Origin: Zetaproteobacteria bacterium
Lineage (GTDB): Bacteria > Bdellovibrionota_B > Oligoflexia > Oligoflexales > Bog-1112
Length of the DNA stretch: 51,457 nt
Assembly: GCA_947445855.1 (NCBI GenBank)
Contig: CANFEH010000001.1
Span: forward strand, 1-51,457
Direction of reading: 5' to 3'
Shown here: positions 44,476 through 51,457 of the stretch, one piece after another
How the letters are laid out: each line of letters opens with the position of its first letter
Position numbering within the stretch: position 1 is the first letter of the stretch
Notes under the pieces: model-generated
Database searches by the model: none
The model's input: the letters and a program-made list of their open reading frames with translations, nothing else
What the model was told of the DNA's origin: nothing
Made by a program: the position numbers and the translations under genes

Positions 44476-45126
44476 TTATCGAATGAGGTACAGGAGTGGA
44501 AATAGATAAATCCATACAAGATCAACAAAGTGCCAATAAAGACCTACAAGTTCTACAGGAGTGAAATATTCTGGGCCAAATTCTTCATTTTTTGCTCTCA
44601 TCATAATCCAAAAAATTAGTCCAATTCCAATAAGAACATGAATTCCATGAAGACCTGTCATCATAAAATAAATAGAAAAGAAAATAGGTGTTTTGTCATG
44701 TTGTACTGGGTGAGAAAACATACCAGCAGGAAGAAGGCCTGCATGAATTTTATGAGTATACTCAAAGTATTTTACAATGAGGAAAATAATTGAAAATAAA
44801 ATAGTAAGAGCAAGATATTTTACTGTTTTTCTATGAAGTCCTCTTTGAGCAGCATTAACGCCTAAAGCCATTGTGAAACTGGAGCTAATGAGAACAGCTG
44901 TGTTAAAAGCTCCTAGTTTCCAGTTGAGCAAATGGCTCGCTTCAAGAAATGCTTCTGGATGAGTTGATCTAAAAAGTGAATAGGCAACAAAGAGAGGTGC
45001 AAAAAAAAGAACTTCTTGTAAAAGAAAAAGCCACATTCCTACTTTGCAAGAGTCAAACTCATGGTGAGCATCTTTAAAGTGATGAGCAAAGTGATGTTTT
45101 CCTGGAGTTGTTTGTGTGTGACTCAT
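44476..45126 (-). CDS. ctaE: cytochrome c oxidase subunit III
   Basis: 216-aa polytopic protein with a subunit III-like pattern (GMWLFLLQEVLFF, GLHGIHVLIG, YWHFVDLVW). Confidence 0.85.
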   Translation of the reverse strand: MSHTQTTPGKHHFAHHFKDAHHEFDSCKVGMWLFLLQEVLFFAPLFVAYSLFRSTHPEAFLEASHLLNWKLGAFNTAVLISSSFTMALGVNAAQRGLHRKTVKYLALTILFSIIFLIVKYFEYTHKIHAGLLPAGMFSHPVQHDKTPIFFSIYFMMTGLHGIHVLIGIGLIFWIMMRAKNEEFGPEYFTPVELVGLYWHFVDLVWIYLFPLLYLIR

Positions 45127-45201
45127 GACAAGTCTTTCCCCTATGATAAATAAATAGATTAAGTCTACTTGAATTCTTAAAGAAGTTTATTTAAAAGACT
45201 C

Positions 45202-46806
45202 TTAACTATGATAGTCATAAGGCCCTTTTGTCACAATAGGTTGTGTTTCAAAGTTTTCGTGGTATGGAGGCGAAGAAGTTTGCCACTCTAGAGTATTTGC
45301 TCCCCAAGGGTTGCGAGGGGCTTTAGGGCCTTTATACGCACTAATAATGAGAAATAGAAAAGTCCAAAGAAGGCCAAAAGCAATCAAGAAAGAACCAACG
45401 GTAGAGACCTGGTTGAGTTGAGTAAACTCTGGAGGATAGTCATAGTATCTTCTTGGAAGACCTCTAATTCCCATTACAAATTGTGGGAGAAAAGTTACGT
45501 TAAAGCCCACAAAAGTGAGAACACAACCAATTCTTGCTGGAATCTCTAGATACATTTTACCAACAAATTTTGGGTACCAATAATGAAGTCCTGCTAAGAA
45601 AGCCATGATTGCACCACCCACCATAGTGTAATGGAAGTGAGCCACAACAAAGTAAGTATCTGTTAAGTGAACATTGAGAGGTAGTGTCGCTAAAAAAACT
45701 CCTGTGAGTCCCCCTACTAGAAATACAAAAAGAAAAGAAAGAGCGTAGAGCATTGGAGTATCAAGGCGTATAGATCCTTGATACATAGTAGCAATCCAAC
45801 CAAACATTTTAATTCCTGTGGGAACAGCTACAAACATAGTGATGAGTGAGAAAATAAAATTAGCAGTTTCTGATTGGCCTGAAGTAAACATATGATGTCC
45901 CCAAACCACAAAAGAAACAAGTGCAATACCAAACACAGCAACTGCCATTCCACCATAACCAAAAATAGTTTTGCGAGAAAATACAGGGATAACTTCATTG
46001 ATAATCCCCATCGCTGGTAAGATCATGATGTAAACAGCAGGGTGTGAGTAAAACCAAAAAAAATGTTGAAATAAGACTGGATCTCCACCAAGAGTAGCAT
46101 CAAAAATTCCAATTCCCATAAGTCTCTCAAAAGTGAGAAGCATAAGAGTGAGTGCTATCACAGGTGTTGCAAGCATTTGAATAATATTGGTAGCGTAGAG
46201 ACACCAAATGAAAAGAGGAAGTTTGCTCCAAGTAAGCCCAGGAGCTCTTAGTTTATGAACAGTTACAATAAAGTTAAGGGCTGTTAAAATAGCTGCAAAT
46301 CCCATCAAAAAAGCACCAGCTAAAACTAAAATAGTAGCTCCGCCAGTACGAATAGAATAAGGAGTGTAGAAAGTCCACCCAGTATCAACACGACCGACGA
46401 AAAGAGTGACCACTGCAAGTAGCGCGCCTGACATGTAAACATAATAAGAAATAAGGTTGAGTCTAGGGAAAGCTACATCTTTAGCTCCTAGTTGCATAGG
46501 AAGAATGATGTTCCCGATAGCTGATGGAATGAGAGGCAAAATAACCATGAAGGTCATGATAGTGCCGTGATAGGTGAAAGCTTGATTGTAAGTGTTAGCA
46601 TCGATAAAGGTCTTTGTTGGTCCCCATAGTTCAGTTCTTACAATAAGTGCGAAAATCCCACCTACAAGAAAAAAAATAAGAATAGAAAAAAGATACATCA
46701 CCCCAATGCGTTTATGGTCAAGAGATGTAAGCCAGGATTTTATTCCTTTAGAATGGTTCAGATAGTTATTTTTTTCTTCTTGGTCTGCTGTCGTATCAGA
46801 GTACAT
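45202..46806 (-). CDS. ctaD: cytochrome c oxidase subunit I
   Basis: HKRIGVMY, FFWFYSHPAVYIMILP and HHMFTSG, canonical heme-copper oxidase subunit I motifs. Confidence 0.95.
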   Translation of the reverse strand: MYSDTTADQEEKNNYLNHSKGIKSWLTSLDHKRIGVMYLFSILIFFLVGGIFALIVRTELWGPTKTFIDANTYNQAFTYHGTIMTFMVILPLIPSAIGNIILPMQLGAKDVAFPRLNLISYYVYMSGALLAVVTLFVGRVDTGWTFYTPYSIRTGGATILVLAGAFLMGFAAILTALNFIVTVHKLRAPGLTWSKLPLFIWCLYATNIIQMLATPVIALTLMLLTFERLMGIGIFDATLGGDPVLFQHFFWFYSHPAVYIMILPAMGIINEVIPVFSRKTIFGYGGMAVAVFGIALVSFVVWGHHMFTSGQSETANFIFSLITMFVAVPTGIKMFGWIATMYQGSIRLDTPMLYALSFLFVFLVGGLTGVFLATLPLNVHLTDTYFVVAHFHYTMVGGAIMAFLAGLHYWYPKFVGKMYLEIPARIGCVLTFVGFNVTFLPQFVMGIRGLPRRYYDYPPEFTQLNQVSTVGSFLIAFGLLWTFLFLIISAYKGPKAPRNPWGANTLEWQTSSPPYHENFETQPIVTKGPYDYHS

Positions 46807-46843
46807 CTTTTGAGCTCCCTTGGAACGTGAACATGTTAGAGAA

Positions 46844-47794
46844 TTAATCTTTTAAACTTTTAATGAAAGCGATGATATCCATTATTTCTTCTTCTGAAAT
46901 TTGACCTTGGAAAGAAGGCATAACTTGTGGATACCCAACAACGCCATCGCTGTTTGGCTTTAGTATTTTATTGCGAATATAGTCTTCATCCACTAAAGCA
47001 CTTTTTCCACTTGTTAGTTTCTCTGTGCGTCCAAAGAGATTTCTAAAAGAAGGGCCTATGAGAGAAGATCCATCGACAGAGTGGCAACTCATGCAAGCGT
47101 ATTTTGCTGCAAGCCCTTCTCCTCTTTTTTCAGGAGGGATAGAAAGATCTCTTTCTGTTTTTTCTTGTGTACGCCACCACTCAAGCCACTCATCCTGTGG
47201 CAGAACTTTTAGTGTGGCTAGCATATTTGAATGAAGACCACCGCAATACTCTGAACAATAAATCACATGTTCTCCTGGTTTGATAGCTTCAAACCACAGT
47301 GCTGTGTAGAGCCCAGGAACCACATCTTGTTTGACTCTCATGTCAGGAATAAAAAAACTGTGTATCACATCTTCTGAGGTCATAAGAAGTTTTATACGTT
47401 TACCAACAGGAACTATCAGTTCTCCAACAGTGTTTTTCCCATTATTATAAGCAAATTTCCAACGCCACTGTTGACCGATGACGCGAACTTCGAAGGAGCC
47501 TGCTGGAGGTCTGTGCATTTTTTTATAAACAAGCCATCCCCAGGCAAATATAAAAAGGACAAGAATAGTTGGTACAATTGTCCACAAAATTTCAAGAGAA
47601 GTATTACCGTGTGAGTCTATAACTTTATCGACTTTTTTGTGATGATACTTATACACAAAAGCAAGAGTAATCCCAATGAGAAGTACGAAGAAAAAGATAC
47701 TAATCCACATGACAAAGCTAAAAAGGTCATTCCACCAAGATGCAACATGGGATCCTGTTCCTGGCAAAAGATATGAGAATGCATTTGTATTCAC
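46844..47794 (-). CDS. ctaC: cytochrome c oxidase subunit II fused to a cytochrome c domain (caa3 type)
   Basis: CuA motif CSEYCGGLHSNM. C-terminal heme c motif CMSCH. GTG start with GAAGGGGA upstream. Confidence 0.9.
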   Translation of the reverse strand: MNTNAFSYLLPGTGSHVASWWNDLFSFVMWISIFFFVLLIGITLAFVYKYHHKKVDKVIDSHGNTSLEILWTIVPTILVLFIFAWGWLVYKKMHRPPAGSFEVRVIGQQWRWKFAYNNGKNTVGELIVPVGKRIKLLMTSEDVIHSFFIPDMRVKQDVVPGLYTALWFEAIKPGEHVIYCSEYCGGLHSNMLATLKVLPQDEWLEWWRTQEKTERDLSIPPEKRGEGLAAKYACMSCHSVDGSSLIGPSFRNLFGRTEKLTSGKSALVDEDYIRNKILKPNSDGVVGYPQVMPSFQGQISEEEIMDIIAFIKSLKD

Positions 47795-48196
47795 AGCTTA
47801 GTATCCCCTTCAAATGTGACAATCATTTTAAATAAGGTTTTTTTTGAATACCCTAAAAACGTAGCATTTAACCTATTCCTCGATAGGATATAGACATTTT
47901 GTTTTTGACCAACCAGCTTCTAGAAGGGTGAGGAAAAAAACTTTTGCCACTCTATATCTAATCTTTGCTTGAGAGCAATGAAAAATTCTTTATTTTTTCT
48001 ATACTTACTGAGAAAGATTTTCATTGAAATCAAAGGGAAAATTTATAACTTTGGTGGCCAATCTTGATAAGAATTTTTTATTGCTGTATTAGAGGGGGAG
48101 ATTATTTTTTGACTTTTTAATAAAGAGCTTGATTACGAAGGGCCATTATTTTTTTAAAAAATAGGCATGTTTAAATGGAAGAAAGGAAAAAGCAGG

Positions 48197-49135
48197 ATGG
48201 AGTTGTTTCCAGAAATTGAGCCATTTGATAGCGGTTATTTAAAAGTTTCTTCTTTGCACACTATCTACTACGAGCAGGTTGGAAATCCAAATGGGAGGCC
48301 AATTGTTTTTCTTCATGGAGGACCAGGAGGTGGTATACATCCTTTTTACAGGCAATTTTTTGATCCTAAAAAATGGAGAGTTATTCTTTTTGATCAAAGA
48401 GGTTGTGGGAAAAGTACACCATTTGCTGAGCTCAAAGAAAATACAACTTGGGATTTAGTTGAAGACATAGAAAAATTAAGAAATTTTTTTTCTATTAAAA
48501 GTTGGTCTGTTTTTGGTGGGTCTTGGGGTTCTACTTTGGCCTTGGCTTATGCTCAAACTCATCCTTCTGTGTGTGAAAAGCTCTTCTTGAGAGGTATATT
48601 TCTTTTAAGGCAAAAAGAAATCGATTGGTTTTATAAGGAAGGTGGCACTAGCCGTTTGTTCCCTGATCTTTGGGAAGAGTATCTCAAACCTCTTTCTATT
48701 CCTGAAAGAAAAGATCCGATCTCTTCTTATTATAAAATTCTTTCAGGGCCTCCTTCTAGTAAAAGATCAGAAGCAGCAAGAGCTTGGTCTGTCTGGGAAG
48801 GGTCTACTTGTAAACTTTTGAGAGACGACGAACACATTGAAGAAAGTGCAGAAGATGAGTTTGCAACTGCATTCGCATGTATTGAGAATCATTATTTTGT
48901 GAATCACGGTTTTTTTAAGGATGAAAATGAACTTCTAAAAGGAGTTGAAAAAATTAGACATATCCCTGCTGTGATCGTTCATGGTCGATATGATGTGATT
49001 TGTCCTCTTGAAAATGCTTGGGACCTTCATAAAGCTTGGCCTGAAGCAGAGTTTAAAATTATAGAAGATGCAGGCCACTCTTTAAGTGAGAAGGGGATTA
49101 GGTCTTATCTCATGCAAGCTCTTCAAGCTTCATAG
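48197..49135 (+). CDS. pip: proline iminopeptidase
   Basis: MELFPEIEPFDSGYLKV..FLHGGPGGG, nucleophile elbow GGSWGSTLALAY, C-terminal AGHS. Confidence 0.85.
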   Translation: MELFPEIEPFDSGYLKVSSLHTIYYEQVGNPNGRPIVFLHGGPGGGIHPFYRQFFDPKKWRVILFDQRGCGKSTPFAELKENTTWDLVEDIEKLRNFFSIKSWSVFGGSWGSTLALAYAQTHPSVCEKLFLRGIFLLRQKEIDWFYKEGGTSRLFPDLWEEYLKPLSIPERKDPISSYYKILSGPPSSKRSEAARAWSVWEGSTCKLLRDDEHIEESAEDEFATAFACIENHYFVNHGFFKDENELLKGVEKIRHIPAVIVHGRYDVICPLENAWDLHKAWPEAEFKIIEDAGHSLSEKGIRSYLMQALQAS

Positions 49136-49774
49136 TTGACAATGCTTTTTTTGAAGAGAGTTTAGAAATTCAAATTTATCTAAAAGTCTTAGCAGACTTT
49201 CTTCTGCGGAAACCTGTCGAGCTTCTTTTATTGAGAACCATTTTAAAGCAAGAGACTCATGAGAAATATTGAGTGTTTCTTCGTTTGTTTCTAGTAGGAA
49301 TCTAACGTCTAAGTGGAGATGCTCAGGTTCATTTAGTCTTGCTGGAATCACATGAATATCAAAATCTATTGGAAGAGGTATGTTGCTAGACATGGAAAGA
49401 GAAGAGAAACTTATATTTTTTAGCCCGGATTCTTCTCTAGCTTCTTGCATAGCAGGAATAAGTAAGTTTTCAACACCATCACAGTGACCTCCTAGTTGGA
49501 ACCATTTGTCTAATTTTCTGTGGTGAGTAAGAATAATTTTCTCAGTCTTTGGATTGAAGATTAGCGAAGATGCTGTGAAGTGACCACTCAAGTTTGTACG
49601 TTCAAAAGGGCTTTTTTCTGATTGAAAGAAATGTTTCATTTTTTCTAAAACTAAATTTTCACTTTCAAGTGAAAACCAAGGCTCGTTTTTAAAAAGAGGT
49701 TGAATTTTTTTTTTATACTCTGAAATGAACTCTGGAAAGTCTAGTGATGTTACAAAAATTTTTTCCGCGATCAT
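49130..49774 (-). CDS. NUDIX hydrolase
   Basis: Nudix box GGHCDGVENLLIPAMQEAREESGL (GX5EX7REUXEEXGU). Confidence 0.75.
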   Translation of the reverse strand: MIAEKIFVTSLDFPEFISEYKKKIQPLFKNEPWFSLESENLVLEKMKHFFQSEKSPFERTNLSGHFTASSLIFNPKTEKIILTHHRKLDKWFQLGGHCDGVENLLIPAMQEAREESGLKNISFSSLSMSSNIPLPIDFDIHVIPARLNEPEHLHLDVRFLLETNEETLNISHESLALKWFSIKEARQVSAEESLLRLLDKFEFLNSLQKKHCQL

Positions 49775-49914
49775 AGATATTCCCTTATTTTCTTGAAGTG
49801 AGACGATTTAAAAAGAATCGAGAAGCTTAGTGTCTATGATCTTCTTTTGTCAAGAAGCTTTGAATTAGCCTTTTTGGGGCTTCTTGTTGTGATTCTATTT
49901 TAGCGGCTTCAAGC

Positions 49915-49943
49915 TTGACATTTCGGCTTATTTAGGATAGAAT
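49915..49943 (+). promoter_or_regulatory. near-consensus sigma70 promoter upstream of tig
   Basis: TTGACA (49915-49920), 17-nt spacer, TAGAAT (49938-49943). The predicted start site is about 49950, where the 43-bp tandem repeat begins. Confidence 0.5.
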
Positions 49944-49950
49944 ACGGCCT

Positions 49951-50040
49951 CTTGATCACGCAAAAAAAGCTCAGTAAAGCTTTAATATTATTCCTTGATC
50001 ACGCAAAAAAAGCTCAGTAAAGCTTTAATATTATTCCTTG
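49951..50040. repeat. perfect tandem duplication of a 43-bp unit (2 copies plus 4 nt)
   Basis: cttgatcacgcaaaaaaagctcagtaaagctttaatattattc occurs at 49951-49993 and again at 49994-50036, identical by hand comparison, followed by cttg. Each unit contains TGATCA and an AAAGCT/AGCTTT hairpin. Confidence 0.9.
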
Positions 50041-50079
50041 TTTTACTTATAGCCACACATTCAAAGGAGCTTACAAAAC

Positions 50080-51348
50080 ATGAAATCAAACGTAGAAGAA
50101 ATTAATTCTAGTCAAAGAAAAATTAATATCACTGTTCCCCAGGAAAGAGTTAGCAAAGTTTTTGAAGAAGTGTCTCGTCGCTATCAAAAAAAGACTCAGA
50201 TTCCTGGTTTTAGAGCAGGAAAAGCTCCTCTTTATCTTATCAAAAACAACTACGCAGATCAGATTTCTTACGAAGTGAGCGAAGCTCTACTGGATGGAAG
50301 TATTCGTAGTGCTATGGAAGAGCACAATATTCAACCTATTTCTAGACCCACTGTAACAGCGTTTGTTGAGCCTGTAAAAGATAAAGAATTTACGTTTTCT
50401 GCAACTGTCGAAATTTTTCCGAAGATTCCACTAGAAGACACTTATAAATCTCTCGAAGTGTCTTATCCGGTGAAAGAATTTTCTGAAGAGCTTCTACAAA
50501 AAGAACTAGCAGAGTTAAGTCGCTATTATGCGACAACATCAGACGTGGAAGGAACCGAAGTTTCTTTGGCAAAAGAAGGACACTTAGCAGTTATTTCTTA
50601 TGATGGTTCTATCGAGGGAAAAAAAGTTGAAGCATTTTCTGGAAAAAATATAAGAGCTGCTATGGGTCTTGGTGAGCTGCCAAAAGAAATTGAAGATATT
50701 CTTGTGGGTATGAAAAATGGTGAAAAAAAAGAAGTGGATATTCTCTTTGAAGATAACTCTGAGTTCAAAGGAAAAAAACTTCATGTCTCTTGTCACGTAG
50801 AAGATATTCTTAATTTTTCACTGAGAGAACTAAATGATGATTTAGCAAAAGAGTTAGGGCATGACAGTTTAGAAGCTCTTAAGGAAATGATGAGAACTCA
50901 GATTGCAAGCCAAATAGATAGTTATAATAAGTCTGCAAAAGAAAATGCTCTTTTGGAAGTTCTCTCATCAAAAGTTTCTTTTGATGTTCCGCCAGTCATC
51001 TTAGAGCAAGTGATTGATGGTGTGTTCTATGAAATGACAAATGGAGCTAAAGGCACAAAGGATTTACTAAAAGATAAAGCTGTTCGTGAAAAACTTCTTC
51101 CAGAAGCAATGAAAAGAGCAAAAAATACCCTTCTCCTTTGGGAAGTAGCAAAAGCAGAAAAAATTGACGTTTCAGATGCCGAGATAAAAGATTATATTAG
51201 AGAATCTCTTGGTGGCAAAGCTGATGAATCTAGAGTCACTGAGATTTTTGCTAGCTCTAAAGATAAAATTCACGAGACGCTTGTGTTTGAGAAAACACTA
51301 GAATTGATGAGTAGCTTTACAAAGTTTCAAGTTGAGATTCAAAAGTAA
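50080..51348 (+). CDS. tig: trigger factor
   Basis: 422 aa. The N-terminal ribosome-binding motif region IPGFRAGKAP, a central FKBP-like segment and the overall length fit trigger factor. AAAGGAG RBS. Confidence 0.85.
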   Translation: MKSNVEEINSSQRKINITVPQERVSKVFEEVSRRYQKKTQIPGFRAGKAPLYLIKNNYADQISYEVSEALLDGSIRSAMEEHNIQPISRPTVTAFVEPVKDKEFTFSATVEIFPKIPLEDTYKSLEVSYPVKEFSEELLQKELAELSRYYATTSDVEGTEVSLAKEGHLAVISYDGSIEGKKVEAFSGKNIRAAMGLGELPKEIEDILVGMKNGEKKEVDILFEDNSEFKGKKLHVSCHVEDILNFSLRELNDDLAKELGHDSLEALKEMMRTQIASQIDSYNKSAKENALLEVLSSKVSFDVPPVILEQVIDGVFYEMTNGAKGTKDLLKDKAVREKLLPEAMKRAKNTLLLWEVAKAEKIDVSDAEIKDYIRESLGGKADESRVTEIFASSKDKIHETLVFEKTLELMSSFTKFQVEIQK

Positions 51349-51457
51349 CTGATGTTACGCACTTTGTTTTTTTAGTATAGTTATTTCATGAAAAAACAAG
51401 ATTTAGAACTTTATACAGATTATTTACTAACTGATGTTACGCACTTTGTTTTTTTAG
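51346..51457. repeat. 30-bp perfect direct repeat, copies 82 bp apart, second copy ending at the window edge
   Basis: taactgatgttacgcactttgtttttttag occurs at 51346-51375 (includes the tig stop codon TAA) and at 51428-51457. Each copy holds a small hairpin (GTAAC TGAT GTTAC in copy 1) and a T7 run. Confidence 0.85.

Noticed and set aside
49951-50040. Tandem 43-bp repeats considered as a CRISPR array.
   Set aside because: The copies abut directly with no spacers, there are only about two copies, and no cas genes are in the window. It is a simple tandem duplication.
51388-51457. ATG-initiated ORF (MKKQDLELYTDYLLTDVTHFVF..) running off the window, considered as the start of clpP, which often follows tig.
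   Set aside because: It has no RBS and does not resemble the ClpP N-terminus. Its 3' part is simply the second copy of the 30-bp repeat. Too little sequence to call.

Overview
This is a visibly AT-rich 51.5-kb bacterial chromosomal segment (judged by eye; no GC value computed). It carries roughly 50 protein-coding genes on both strands. Most are housekeeping genes of a Gram-negative aerobe:
- Envelope and lipid genes: murI, lpxB, murG, an SLT transglycosylase, a uppS-cdsA-rseP-tsaB-pssA run, and a Pcs-like phosphatidylcholine synthase.
- Translation, RNA modification and folding: prfC, gltX, rluD, truA, rsmI, tig.
- Nucleotide metabolism: pyrE.
- Respiration: a caa3-type cytochrome c oxidase operon with SCO1.
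- Acyl-CoA catabolism: an atu/liu-like cluster (carboxyltransferase, AtuA-like protein, enoyl-CoA hydratase, biotin carboxylase).

I found no rRNA, tRNA, CRISPR array, transposase, integrase or recognisable defence gene. The window reads as core genome, not an island. Gene content (myxobacterial-type Cys-rich repeat protein, extracellular endonuclease I, secretin, many K/F-rich orphan membrane proteins) fits a Bdellovibrio-like or Oligoflexia-like lineage, but I cannot verify that.

Best leads:
1. A tight four-gene operon of three tiny membrane-anchored unknowns ending in an orphan CpaC/RcpA-like secretin (4416-6815).
2. A 260-bp hairpin-rich spacer between convergent genes, as an ncRNA candidate (12443-12703).
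3. A perfect 43-bp tandem duplication starting at the predicted transcription start of tig (49951-50040), plus a 30-bp direct repeat at the window edge.
4. A membrane-anchored E2-acyltransferase-like protein whose catalytic DHR motif reads DER (14361-15302).
5. A secreted orphan protein split from its signal peptide at a T7 tract (29155-29644).

All family calls come from motif recognition by eye. None was checked against a database.
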